From contig CBFHOT010000003.1 of the NCBI GenBank assembly GCA_965657465.1, positions 1,460 through 65,459 on the forward strand: a stretch of 64,000 bases of DNA. Direction: 5' to 3'. Below, piece after piece: positions 32,293-41,907 of this stretch (its first letter is position 1; every line of letters starts with the position of its first letter). This DNA comes from Cyanobacteriota bacterium (GTDB taxonomy: Bacteria > Cyanobacteriota > Cyanobacteriia > PCC-6307 > Cyanobiaceae). The notes under the pieces were generated by a model, which saw only the letters and a program-made list of their open reading frames with translations, was not told the origin of the DNA and made no database searches. The position numbers and the translations under genes are program-made.

Positions 32293-33309
32293 TCAGCCCT
32301 GCCGGTGCAGGCCTTCCCGCAGCACATCCGAAGGTCGCCGGCCGTGATGAGCCATGAAGGCGCGGCTGAAGGCCGCCAGATTGCTGAAGCCGAGTCGGGC
32401 GGCGATGCTGCCGACGGAGTCGCCGGCCTGGGGATGCAGCAGCGCCCGGTGCGCCTGCTCCAGGCGCTGCCGGCGCACCCACTGCATCGGCCCGCAGCCG
32501 AAGCGCTGCTGGAAGGCCAGCTGCAGGGTGCGGCGGGAGTAGCCGCTGCGCCGCTCCAGGGCGGTGAGGTTGAGCGGGGCATGCAGGTTGGCTCGCGCCC
32601 ATTCCAGCAGCTCCTCGAAGACCCGCTCTCGGGTTGTGCTCCCAGCCGGCTGCCCGCTGCCTGCGAGAACCGCATCCAGCCGCGGATGCAGCAGCAGCGC
32701 GAAGACGCGGTAGATCAGATCATCCACCTGCAGCGCATCCAGGTGCCCCTGAAGGTCCCGCTCGGCATTGTCGAGCAGGGTCAGCGTCTGCCGAAACACC
32801 CGGATCAGGCGCTGGCTGCGCGGTTGCTCATCGCCCAGCACCCTGGGGCGCTCCAGGTCGCTGGTGAACCGCTGCGGCGATACGCCGATGCCGGCGATGG
32901 CGCAGGCCGTGCTGCGCAGGCGCGCCAGATCGAGGCGCATCACCAGGGCGCTGAGGTGATCGGTGCTGTAGCGATAGCTGGAGCCCGGCGAGAACCAGAG
33001 CGGCTGCTGCGGATGGATCACCTGGCGCAGGCCCTGGGTCTGGTAGCGGATGCTGCCGGCGAGGCACAGGTTCACGTAAGCCTTGCCCGGGTCGTCGCCC
33101 ATGGCACCGGCGATCGGTGAGCTGTAGCCGCTGGTGAGCAGCAGGGATCCCGCCCGGATGGTGTGGGTGCGGTGCAGGAAGGCGGTGCCATGGCCGCGCC
33201 GCGGCGCCAGGTCGAGCACCGGATGGCTCTGGGCCAGCCGCTCGGCCAGGGCCTGGGGATCGCGATCCTCCTCGCTGTGGTGGTTGCGAAACAGCAGCGG
33301 CAGGGACAT
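32293..33309 (-). CDS. AraC family transcriptional regulator
   Basis: C-terminal SRRTLQLAF..GCGPMQW..RLEQA..IAARLGFSNLAAFS..PS double HTH. Confidence 0.92.
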   Translation of the reverse strand: MSLPLLFRNHHSEEDRDPQALAERLAQSHPVLDLAPRRGHGTAFLHRTHTIRAGSLLLTSGYSSPIAGAMGDDPGKAYVNLCLAGSIRYQTQGLRQVIHPQQPLWFSPGSSYRYSTDHLSALVMRLDLARLRSTACAIAGIGVSPQRFTSDLERPRVLGDEQPRSQRLIRVFRQTLTLLDNAERDLQGHLDALQVDDLIYRVFALLLHPRLDAVLAGSGQPAGSTTRERVFEELLEWARANLHAPLNLTALERRSGYSRRTLQLAFQQRFGCGPMQWVRRQRLEQAHRALLHPQAGDSVGSIAARLGFSNLAAFSRAFMAHHGRRPSDVLREGLHRQG

Positions 33310-33521
33310 CGCTGTGTCACCGGGCTGGTCGTGCATGGCCAGGGGCCACGGGTGCCTCGGTTCGGACCCTAGGCCCGTTTCGCCATGGGCTGCACCGCTG
33401 TGGCTGAACACGCCACAGTTGTCGATTCGCGCAGCTTCAGTTCACAACGCTCGGATGGGGCCGGGCTGACAGCCCGGCCGAAGCTCTCCAGCATGAAATC
33501 CAGTGTTCCTGGCGTGCCGCC

Positions 33522-35024
33522 ATGCCCAACGGCCGACCCAACATCCTGATTCTCTGGGGCGATGATATCGGCCAGAGCAATCTCAGTTGTTACAGCGATG
33601 GTCTGATGGGGTATCAGACCCCCAACATCGACCGGGTGGCCAAGGAGGGTGGCCGCTTCATCCACTACTACGCCGAGCAGAGCTGCACGGCCGGTCGGGC
33701 TGCCTTCATCAGTGGTCAGAGCGTCTTCCGCACCGGCCTGAGCAAGGTGGGGTTGCCGGGCGCTGAACTGGGCTATCGCGCCGAGGATCCCACCATTGCC
33801 TCGCTGCTCAAGCCCCTCGGCTACCGCACCGGCCAGTTCGGCAAGAACCATTTCGGTGATCGCGACGAGCATCTGCCGACGATGCACGGCTTCGATGAGT
33901 TCTTCGGCAACCTTTATCACCTCAATGCCGAGGAGGAGCCGGAGCTGCGCGATTACCCCCAGCCGGAGGATTTTCCGAATTTCCGCCAGAACTACGGCCC
34001 CCGCGGCGTGCTGCACTGCTGGGCCAATGGCGACGGCGCCCAGCGGATCGAGAACACCGGCCCGCTCACCAAGAAGCGGATGGAAACGGCCGATGAGGAG
34101 TTCATGGCCGAGGCCAAGCGTTTCATCCGCGATGCGGTGGCCTCCGGGGAACCCTTCTTCGTGTGGTTCAACACCACCCACATGCACTTCCGCACCCATG
34201 CCCGCCCCCAGGATCTCGGCCAGGCCGGGCGCTGGCAGTCGGAATATCACGACGTGATGATCTATCACGACAACTGCATCGGCGAGATGCTCAACCTGCT
34301 GGATGAGCTGGGCATCACCGATGACACCCTGGTGATGTACAGCACCGATAACGGTCCGCACATGAACAGCTGGCCCGATGCCGGCATGACCCCGTTCCGC
34401 AACGAGAAGAACTCCAACTGGGAGGGCGCCTATCGCGTGCCGGCCCTGGTGCGCTGGCCCGGCAAGATCGCGCCCGGCACGCTGTTCACCGAGATCGTCA
34501 GCCATCTCGACTGGTTGCCCACCCTGCTCGCCGCTGCCGGCGAGCCGGAGATCAAGGCCAAGCTCAAGGCCGGTCACCAGGCCGGAAGCCGGTACTACAA
34601 GGTGCACCTCGACGGCTACAACATGCTCGACTACTGGACCGGCCAGACGGACAAGAGCCCACGGGTGGAGTTCTTCTACTTCTCCGATGACGGCGACCTC
34701 ACCGGTCTGCGCTACGACAACTGGAAGATCGTGTTCATGGAGCAGCGCGCCGCCGGCACGCTGCAGGTCTGGGCCGAACCCTTCACCGCCCTGCGGGTGC
34801 CGAAGATCTTCAATCTCAAGACTGACCCCTACGAGCGAGCGGACATCACTTCCAACACCTACTGGGACTGGATCCTCGATCACGTGTTCCTGCTGGTGCC
34901 GGCCCAGGCCTATGTGGCCCAGTTCCTGGAGACCTTCAAGGAGTTCCCGCCGCGGCAGAAGGCCGCCAGCTTCTCGCTGGAGCAGGTGATGGAGAAGATG
35001 ACCAGCACCACCGGCCTCTCCTGA
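33522..35024 (+). CDS. Arylsulfatase (Cys-type, formylglycine-dependent), no signal peptide
   Basis: PNILILWGDDIG, SCTAGR, GKNH, STDNG, WEGAYRVP. Confidence 0.94.
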   Translation: MPNGRPNILILWGDDIGQSNLSCYSDGLMGYQTPNIDRVAKEGGRFIHYYAEQSCTAGRAAFISGQSVFRTGLSKVGLPGAELGYRAEDPTIASLLKPLGYRTGQFGKNHFGDRDEHLPTMHGFDEFFGNLYHLNAEEEPELRDYPQPEDFPNFRQNYGPRGVLHCWANGDGAQRIENTGPLTKKRMETADEEFMAEAKRFIRDAVASGEPFFVWFNTTHMHFRTHARPQDLGQAGRWQSEYHDVMIYHDNCIGEMLNLLDELGITDDTLVMYSTDNGPHMNSWPDAGMTPFRNEKNSNWEGAYRVPALVRWPGKIAPGTLFTEIVSHLDWLPTLLAAAGEPEIKAKLKAGHQAGSRYYKVHLDGYNMLDYWTGQTDKSPRVEFFYFSDDGDLTGLRYDNWKIVFMEQRAAGTLQVWAEPFTALRVPKIFNLKTDPYERADITSNTYWDWILDHVFLLVPAQAYVAQFLETFKEFPPRQKAASFSLEQVMEKMTSTTGLS

Positions 35025-35046
35025 GCCGGTCTCCGGCCCGTTGCCC

Positions 35047-36102
35047 ATGCCCCGCTCCAGCGTCACCGCCCAGCGCCGCACGGTCCAGCGCCGCTCCCCT
35101 CTGCGGGGCGGGCGGCCGCCGGCGCGGGACATGCTCTGGATTCCGGCGGGCTCCTTTGTGATGGGCTCCGACGATCACTACCCCGAGGAGGCCCCGGCCC
35201 ATCGGGTGCAGGTGGAGGGCTTCTGGATCGATCGTGCGCCGGTGACCAACGCTCAGTTCCAGAAGTTCGTCAAGGCCACCGGCCACATCACCCTGGCCGA
35301 GCAGCCGGCTGATCCAGCCCTCTACCCGGATGCCCGGCCGGAGCTGCTCGCCCCCGCCTCGATCGTGTTCGTGCCGCCGCCGCAGCCGGTGGGGACGGCC
35401 AATCACTACCGCTGGTGGCAGTACATCCCCGGCGCCGACTGGCGCCATCCGGAGGGCCCCGGCAGTTCGATCAAGGGGCGTGAGCAGCATCCGGTGGTGC
35501 ATGTGGCCCATGCGGATGCCCTGGCCTACGCCGCCTGGGTCGGCAAGCAGCTTCCCAGCGAAGCGGAATGGGAGCGGGCCGCCCGTGGCGGCCTCGAGGG
35601 GGCCGAGTACGCCTGGGGGGATGAGCTGCATCCCGGCGGCCGTCCCGTGGCCAACACGTTTCAGGGCGACTTTCCCCACTTCAACAGCCGCCTCGATGGC
35701 TGGGAGCGCACCTCGCCGGTGGGCGTCTTTCCGGCCAACGGCTATGGCCTGGTGGATATGATCGGCAACGTCTGGGAATGGACCGACGACTGGTACGCCG
35801 ACCATGGCGACACCCTCCAGCGCCACAAGGCCGCCGGGGGATGCTGCACCATCGACAATCCCCGGGGCGGGGAGCGACAGGCCAGCATCGATGCCGCCTC
35901 CCAGCACGGTTCCCTGCCCCGCAAGGTGGTGAAGGGGGGATCCTTTCTCTGCGCGCCCAGCTACTGCCGGCGCTACCGCCCGGCGGCGCGGATGGCCCAG
36001 GGGATCGACACCGCCACCTGCCATCTGGGCTTCCGCTGCATCGTCCGGCCCGCTGCAACGGCCGCCTCCGCCCAGCGCCCGACCGCATTGCCCGTCAGCT
36101 GA
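35047..36102 (+). CDS. Formylglycine-generating enzyme family protein
   Basis: LPSEAEWE, DMIGNVWEW, KGGSFLCAPSYCRRYR, HLGFRC. Confidence 0.93.
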   Translation: MPRSSVTAQRRTVQRRSPLRGGRPPARDMLWIPAGSFVMGSDDHYPEEAPAHRVQVEGFWIDRAPVTNAQFQKFVKATGHITLAEQPADPALYPDARPELLAPASIVFVPPPQPVGTANHYRWWQYIPGADWRHPEGPGSSIKGREQHPVVHVAHADALAYAAWVGKQLPSEAEWERAARGGLEGAEYAWGDELHPGGRPVANTFQGDFPHFNSRLDGWERTSPVGVFPANGYGLVDMIGNVWEWTDDWYADHGDTLQRHKAAGGCCTIDNPRGGERQASIDAASQHGSLPRKVVKGGSFLCAPSYCRRYRPAARMAQGIDTATCHLGFRCIVRPAATAASAQRPTALPVS

Positions 36103-36506
36103 TGGCCAGCCTCACCAACGAGCTGGCGAAGGAGCGCAACCGCGCCGCCGCCGAGCGCACGCTGATGGCCTGGATCCGCACCGCCCTGGCTCTGATCAGC
36201 TTTGGCTTTGGCCTCGACAAGATCATCGCCGCCATCAACCGCTCCGGCCTGCAGGGCAGCGGCCACGCCGATCTCAGCGTCAAGCTGCTGTCGATGGGCT
36301 TTGTGCTGGTGGGGGTGCTCTCCCTGGCTGCCGCCATCGGCCAGCACCGCCGCGACCTGCGCCTGATCCGCCGCGACGATTTCACCTACAGCGGCGGCGG
36401 CCCCTCGCTGGCGGTGCTCACCGCCTTCGCCCTGATCCTGATCGGGGCGGTGGCCTTCGCCCTGCTGGTGCCGGGGGTGCTGCGGCGACTCCTGCTCGGC
36501 AGCTGA
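36102..36506 (+). CDS. DUF202 (YidH-like) membrane protein
   Basis: AAERTLMAWIRTALALISFG; three TM; start overlaps FGE stop. Confidence 0.9.
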   Translation: MASLTNELAKERNRAAAERTLMAWIRTALALISFGFGLDKIIAAINRSGLQGSGHADLSVKLLSMGFVLVGVLSLAAAIGQHRRDLRLIRRDDFTYSGGGPSLAVLTAFALILIGAVAFALLVPGVLRRLLLGS

Positions 36507-36520
36507 CGACGCTCTGAACG

Positions 36521-37363
36521 ATGACCCTGCTGATCCCCGCCACGCTGTTCGTGATCATGTTCGCCCTGGGGCTCGGCCTGCCGGGGGATCGCCTCGGCCT
36601 GCTGCGCCAGCGGCCCGGGCTGCTGCTGCGGGTGCTGCTGGGCAGTTGCCTGCTGGTGCCGCTGCTGGCCCTGCTGCTGCTGCGCCTGCCCATCAGCCTG
36701 GCGCTGCCGGAGCCGGCGCGGCTGGCGATCGCCCTGATGGCGATCTGCCCCAGCGCGCCGCTGATCCTGCGCAAGGCTGACAAGGCCGATGGTGATGCCG
36801 CTCTGGCGGCGCAGCTGCAGGTGGCGGCGGCCCTGGCGGCGATCGCCTCGGTGCCCCTGATGGCGGAGCTGTTCACGCTCGCCTTCGGTCTGACGGGCTG
36901 GGACATCGGCCCCTCCAGCGTGGCGCGTCAGGTGGGCCTGGCCCAGCTGCTGCCGCTGGGCTGCGGCCTGCTGGTGCGCCGCCGCTGCCCCGGCTGGGCC
37001 CAGCGCTGGCTGGGGCCCTGTGATCGCCTGGCCAATCTCCTGCTGCTGGCCCTGTTGCTGTTGGTGCTGATCAAGGCGGGGCCGGCGCTGCTCGGCTTCG
37101 CCCTCGCCAATGGCCGCAGCGTGGTGCTGATGGCCGCGCTGGTGCTGCTCTCGCTGCTGGTGGGCTGGTGGGCCGCTGGTCGCGGCCGGCAGGAGCGCAT
37201 CACCGTGCCGCTGGTGACCTCGATGCGCAATCCCGGCCTGGCGCTGCTGCTGGCCTCGACCTATGCGCCATCGCTGCCTTCTCTCAAGCTGGGAATCCTG
37301 CTCTATCTGCTGGTGACGCTGGTGGTGCAGATTCCCTTCCTGCGCTGGCGCTCCCGTCGTTAG
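36521..37363 (+). CDS. Bile acid:sodium symporter (BASS) family transporter
   Basis: IMFALGL, AICPSAP, TSMRNPGLAL; multi-TM. Confidence 0.82.
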   Translation: MTLLIPATLFVIMFALGLGLPGDRLGLLRQRPGLLLRVLLGSCLLVPLLALLLLRLPISLALPEPARLAIALMAICPSAPLILRKADKADGDAALAAQLQVAAALAAIASVPLMAELFTLAFGLTGWDIGPSSVARQVGLAQLLPLGCGLLVRRRCPGWAQRWLGPCDRLANLLLLALLLLVLIKAGPALLGFALANGRSVVLMAALVLLSLLVGWWAAGRGRQERITVPLVTSMRNPGLALLLASTYAPSLPSLKLGILLYLLVTLVVQIPFLRWRSRR

Positions 37364-37489
37364 CTCGCTGCTCGCCGCGCTGCTCCGGCCCAGAGCCCAA
37401 AGTTCCGACGAATGATCAGGTCTCGCGTTGCGGCTTGATCCAGATGCTGCAGAGGCCGCTGATGGATCCCGCTGCTGGCGGCGGCGCCA

Positions 37490-39268
37490 TCAGCCGCCGC
37501 CCGCCGCTGGCGGCACGGTGCTGCGGTTGCCGTTGCGGATGGCGTGATAGCCCGGCGAGAGGATTTCGACATCGGCCGCGGCGAACTGATCCTGCAGCGC
37601 TGCCAGCACCGCTGAGAGGGTCTGGCGGTAGGTGGCGGGATCGCGAACGAAGGCATTCAGTTCGTAGCTGATGTGGTAGTCGTTCAGCGATGTCTGCAGC
37701 ACAAACGGCTCTACTTCATCGGTGATGCCATCCACGCTGCGGGCGGCGTTGAGCATCAGCTCATGCACCTGCCGCCAGGGCACGTCGTAGCCGATGGTGA
37801 TCGTGGTGGCCAGCGCCACCGGCTGCTGAATCTCCCGGCGGGAGAAGCTGAAGTTCACCACCGAAGCACCGATCACGGTGGCATTGGGGATGCTCACCAG
37901 TTCATTGCGCGGTGTCTGCAGTCGTGTCACCAGCAGCGCCCGATCCTGCACCACGCCCAGCACACCATTGATCTCCACCCGATCGCCTTCCTGGAAGGCC
38001 CGGGTGTAGATCAGCATCAGGCCGCTGATCACATTGGAGGCGATGGCACTGGAGCCCAGGGTCGCCAGCACGCCCACCAGCAGGCCTGCCCCCTGAAACA
38101 CCTTGCTGTCCGATCCGGGGATATAAGGAAAGGCGGCCACCAGCCCCGCCAGGGTGAGCACGATCGCCACCAGCCGTGCCGTCGGTTGTGCCCACTCCTG
38201 GTAGAAGCCGGGCAGGCGAACACGGCCGCTCTCCAGCGCCCGGAACCAGGCGTTGCTGGCGCGGATCGCCAGCACGGTGATCATGGTGATCACCACGATC
38301 GACAGTCCATTGGGAATGGCCTGCACCACGCCGCCGAAGAAGCTCAGCACCAGGCCCTTGAGGTGCTGGCGCAGGCCGGCGGCGATCAGCTGGGTGGGCG
38401 GGAACAGCCCCAGCAGCAGCGGAATCAGCAGATAGCTGATCAGCAGCAGCAGGCACCAGTGCAGCACCTGGCGCAGCCCCTGCAGCCAGCCACGCACCTG
38501 GCCCGGTTCCACCAGGGCGCCGACCCCCAGGCGCCGCAGCAGCTGCAGCACCGGCAATGGCTTCTGCTCAATCACCTGGCGCAGCTGGTCATTGATCCGC
38601 CCCTGCACACGCCACCAGACCAGATAGGTCGCCAGCACCAGGGCCGCGAGCCCTGTTCCCTTCAGCCAGGTGCCGAGGCTGTGGCTGCTGCGGTAGCGCA
38701 GGATCGCCGCCGCCAGCCGATCGCGGTAGAGACGGGCCAGCTGCTGGCGCGATTGCCCGAAGCAGCGCGCCATCGCATCATCCACGCCCATTTCCGTCTG
38801 GAACGATCCATCGGCCTGGGCGAAGCCGATCACGGTGAAGGGGGGCTCTTCGCGGGTCTGCAGGCGGCCTGGCTGGATGCGCGGATCCTGGGCCAGATCC
38901 AGCAGCCGCTCTTCGCCGCGCTGCGCGTAATTCTCGATCCGCTGGGGTGCGGGTGCGCGCCGGATCTCCAGCACCGGTTGGCCCTCCAGGCGGATGAAGC
39001 GCCCCGGATTGACGCAGCCTTGAGGATCGCGGCTTCCGGCTTCCGTCCCGGCCTGGGTTGCGGTCTGCGTTCCGGCAGCGGCGGTTGCGGCGTTGGCTGC
39101 AGCCAGGCCCGCCGGCATCAGCCAGCTGGCCAGTCCCCCCCAGCAGCACAGCACCAGCGCCAGGGTGAGGGCGGCCCGCCGCAGCGGCCGTTGACGAAGC
39201 GGCCAGTTGGACGCAGAACCAATCGGGATCTGCTGCGAAGCGTCGCGGCGTTGGCCGTGGCGGGCCAT
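37490..39268 (-). CDS. Mechanosensitive ion channel, MscS family, with N-terminal extracytoplasmic domain
   Basis: SNVISGL, FQEGDRVEI, SIPNA..NFS, TIGYDVPW. Confidence 0.92.
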   Translation of the reverse strand: MARHGQRRDASQQIPIGSASNWPLRQRPLRRAALTLALVLCCWGGLASWLMPAGLAAANAATAAAGTQTATQAGTEAGSRDPQGCVNPGRFIRLEGQPVLEIRRAPAPQRIENYAQRGEERLLDLAQDPRIQPGRLQTREEPPFTVIGFAQADGSFQTEMGVDDAMARCFGQSRQQLARLYRDRLAAAILRYRSSHSLGTWLKGTGLAALVLATYLVWWRVQGRINDQLRQVIEQKPLPVLQLLRRLGVGALVEPGQVRGWLQGLRQVLHWCLLLLISYLLIPLLLGLFPPTQLIAAGLRQHLKGLVLSFFGGVVQAIPNGLSIVVITMITVLAIRASNAWFRALESGRVRLPGFYQEWAQPTARLVAIVLTLAGLVAAFPYIPGSDSKVFQGAGLLVGVLATLGSSAIASNVISGLMLIYTRAFQEGDRVEINGVLGVVQDRALLVTRLQTPRNELVSIPNATVIGASVVNFSFSRREIQQPVALATTITIGYDVPWRQVHELMLNAARSVDGITDEVEPFVLQTSLNDYHISYELNAFVRDPATYRQTLSAVLAALQDQFAAADVEILSPGYHAIRNGNRSTVPPAAGGG

Positions 39269-39390
39269 GGGGATGCGGGGCCGATGCTGCGCTGATTCTT
39301 GGGCGGCCGGGACGGTTTGTCCGCCGCTTGTGATCGCCTGTGGTGACGGCCCCGCCTAGGGTCGCCGCCACCGGGATGGAGGGGAAACGC

Positions 39391-40044
39391 GTGCGCAAGC
39401 AGGAGCGTGCAGCGCTGGTGCTGGAGCGTCTGCAGGCGCTCTATCCCGATCCGCCCGTGCCACTGGATCACCACGACGCCTTCACGCTGTTGATCGCGGT
39501 GCTGCTCAGCGCCCAGTGCACCGACAAAAAAGTCAATGAGGTCACGCCCGCCCTGTTCGCCCTGGGCGGCAGCCCGGCGGCGATGGCCCAGCTGAGCGAG
39601 GAGGGGATTCTGGCCTGCATCCGTCAGCTCGGCCTGGCTCGCACCAAGGCCCGCCACGTGAAGCGCCTGGCGGAGCAGCTGCTGGCGGAGCACGGCGGCG
39701 AGGTGCCCCGCAGCTTCGCCGCCCTGGAGCGACTCCCCGGTGTGGGGCACAAGACCGCCAGCGTGGTGATGGCCCAGGCCTTCGGTGTGCCCGCCTTTCC
39801 GGTGGACACCCACATCCATCGCCTGGCCCAGCGCTGGGGGCTCAGCAGCGGCGAGAGCGTGCAGCGCACCGAGCACGATCTCAAGGCCCTGTTCCCGCGC
39901 GAGGCCTGGAACCGGCTGCATCTGCAGATCATCTTCTACGGGCGTGAGCACTGCACCGCCCGCGGTTGCGATGGCACGGTGTGCCCCCTGTGCCGCGAGC
40001 TGTATCCGCGCCGGCGGCGGCCGGTGATCTGGCGGCGTCCCTGA
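39391..40044 (+). CDS. nth: Endonuclease III
   Basis: LLSAQCTD, LPGVGHKTA HhH, VDTH, C-terminal four-Cys Fe-S motif. Confidence 0.95.
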   Translation: MRKQERAALVLERLQALYPDPPVPLDHHDAFTLLIAVLLSAQCTDKKVNEVTPALFALGGSPAAMAQLSEEGILACIRQLGLARTKARHVKRLAEQLLAEHGGEVPRSFAALERLPGVGHKTASVVMAQAFGVPAFPVDTHIHRLAQRWGLSSGESVQRTEHDLKALFPREAWNRLHLQIIFYGREHCTARGCDGTVCPLCRELYPRRRRPVIWRRP

Positions 40045-40091
40045 GGCGCTGGCGCCGGCCCTCGCCAGCATGGGCCCGCTGCCGCCGCGCC

Positions 40092-41252
40092 ATGCACCCC
40101 GCCTCCCCGCTGCACCGGCAGCTCCGCGTTGCCCCCTCGCGGCGCCTGCTGCGGCTGGCTGGCGTCTGCGCGCTGGCGCTGTCGTTGCTCTGCCCGGTGG
40201 ATGCTGCCCCCGCGATCCGGCCCCTGCCGGCTCGGGCCCAGCCGGCTCAGGCCCAGCCGGCTCGGGCCCAGCCGAAGCGGGGAGCGGTGTCGCCGGCGGC
40301 CGACCCCCTGCCCTCCTGGCGGGAGGGACCGCGCAAGCGGGCCCTGCTCAGCTTCGTGGAGCAGAGCAGCAATGGGACCGCGGCTCTGCCCCCGGAGGAG
40401 CGGATCGCCGTCTTCGATCACGACGGCACCCTCTGGAGCGAGCAGCCGCTCTACTTCCCGATGCTCTATGCCATCGATCGGGTGCAGCGCCTGGCCCCGC
40501 AGCATCCGCGTTGGCGCCGGCAGGAGCCCTACGCCTCAGCCCTGCGCGGCGATCTGGCCGCCCTGCTGCGCCAGGGGCCGCCGGCCCTCACGCCGCTGCT
40601 GGAGGCCAGTGTGATGGGGCTGAGTCCGCAGGCCTTCCGCGCTGATGTGCGCAGCTGGTTGCTGCGGGCCCGCCAGCCCGGCAGCGGCCGGCCGCTGACG
40701 GCTCTGGTGTTTCAGCCGATGCTGGAGCTGCTCCGCCACCTGCGCCAGCTCGGCTTTCGCACTTACATCGTCACCGGCGGCGATGCGATGTTTCTGCGGG
40801 CCTGGAGTGAGGCGGTGTATGGCAGTCCCCCGGAGCAGGTGATCGGCACGCGGCTGCAGCTCGCCTACCGGGAGGATGCCCCCGGCGGGCCCCGCCTGGA
40901 GCGGTTGCCCGTGCTGGATCTGCTGGTGGATGGGCCGGCGAAACCTGTGGCGATCGAGCAGGCCCTCGGCCGCCGTCCCGTGGCGGCCTTCGGCAATTCC
41001 GATGGCGATCGGGCGATGCTGGCCTGGACCATGGCCGGCCCTGGTCCGCGCCTGGCGCTGCTGGTGCATCACACCGATGGCCGCCGCGAGTGGGCCTACG
41101 ACCGACGTTCGCCGGTGGGCCGGCTCGATCGCGCCCTCGACCAGGCCCGCCGCGACGGTTGGCTGGTGCTCGATATGGCCCGTGACTGGGCCGTGGTGCA
41201 TCCGCCCACCGCACAACCGCTCCCCGTTGCCCCGCTGCTGTCCCTGCCATGA
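40092..41252 (+). CDS. HAD-superfamily hydrolase (acid phosphatase-like), probably exported
   Basis: VFDHDGTLW, IVTGG, GNSDGD; N-terminal SRRLL plus hydrophobic stretch. Confidence 0.88.
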   Translation: MHPASPLHRQLRVAPSRRLLRLAGVCALALSLLCPVDAAPAIRPLPARAQPAQAQPARAQPKRGAVSPAADPLPSWREGPRKRALLSFVEQSSNGTAALPPEERIAVFDHDGTLWSEQPLYFPMLYAIDRVQRLAPQHPRWRRQEPYASALRGDLAALLRQGPPALTPLLEASVMGLSPQAFRADVRSWLLRARQPGSGRPLTALVFQPMLELLRHLRQLGFRTYIVTGGDAMFLRAWSEAVYGSPPEQVIGTRLQLAYREDAPGGPRLERLPVLDLLVDGPAKPVAIEQALGRRPVAAFGNSDGDRAMLAWTMAGPGPRLALLVHHTDGRREWAYDRRSPVGRLDRALDQARRDGWLVLDMARDWAVVHPPTAQPLPVAPLLSLP

Positions 41253-41878
41253 AGGATCCCGCCGCCGCGCCCCATCGGCTGCAGATCGGGCGCCTGGTCG
41301 GTGCCGGTGCCGGCATGGTCCTGGGCTACGGCCTGGCCAGCCGTCTGCCGCTGGTGCCGTCCACCGTGCTCAGCGCGCTGGTGATCGCGGCCGGCATCAG
41401 CATCAGCGCCCATCTGCGGCGCGTGGCCCACTGGTGGGGGCTGATCGGCGGCGGTGCCGGCGTGCTGCTGGGCAACGCCACGGTGCTGGCAGCCGCGCTG
41501 CAGCAGCGTTCACCGGCGGAGCAGAGCGGTGAGCGGCTGGCGCTGGTGCTGCTGTTGGCTCTGGCGGGCAGCATCGCCGGCCTCAGCATCGGCCGCCGCG
41601 GTGTGTTCCCGCCGGGGCGCCGGCCCCGCGACCTGCTGCGCTCCGCCAGCGCCTTCACCACGGGGGTGTTCGCCACCTTGGTCACGCTGGTGTATGTCCA
41701 TTCCGGTCTGGATGCGGCTCGCACCGCCTCCAGCCGTCTGAGCACGGCCCTGACCATCCTGGTGGTGGTGGTGGCCGTGCCCGGCTGGATCAGCCATGGC
41801 TTCTGCGCTCATCGGCCGGAGCCCGTGGAGCCCCCGGTGGACCCTGTGGACCCTGTGGACCCGGAGCCCTCGGCCTGA
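41249..41878 (+). CDS. Hypothetical membrane protein
   Basis: Several hydrophobic helices; ATGA overlap with HAD gene; VDP tandem tail. Confidence 0.7.
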   Translation: MKDPAAAPHRLQIGRLVGAGAGMVLGYGLASRLPLVPSTVLSALVIAAGISISAHLRRVAHWWGLIGGGAGVLLGNATVLAAALQQRSPAEQSGERLALVLLLALAGSIAGLSIGRRGVFPPGRRPRDLLRSASAFTTGVFATLVTLVYVHSGLDAARTASSRLSTALTILVVVVAVPGWISHGFCAHRPEPVEPPVDPVDPVDPEPSA

Positions 41879-41907
41879 GCCGGGTCTCCGGGCCTTGCCC
41901 CTGAGGC

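Noticed and set aside
33410-33445. AraC tandem binding sites (cagtt repeated 22 bp apart)
   Set aside because: Too short to distinguish from chance.
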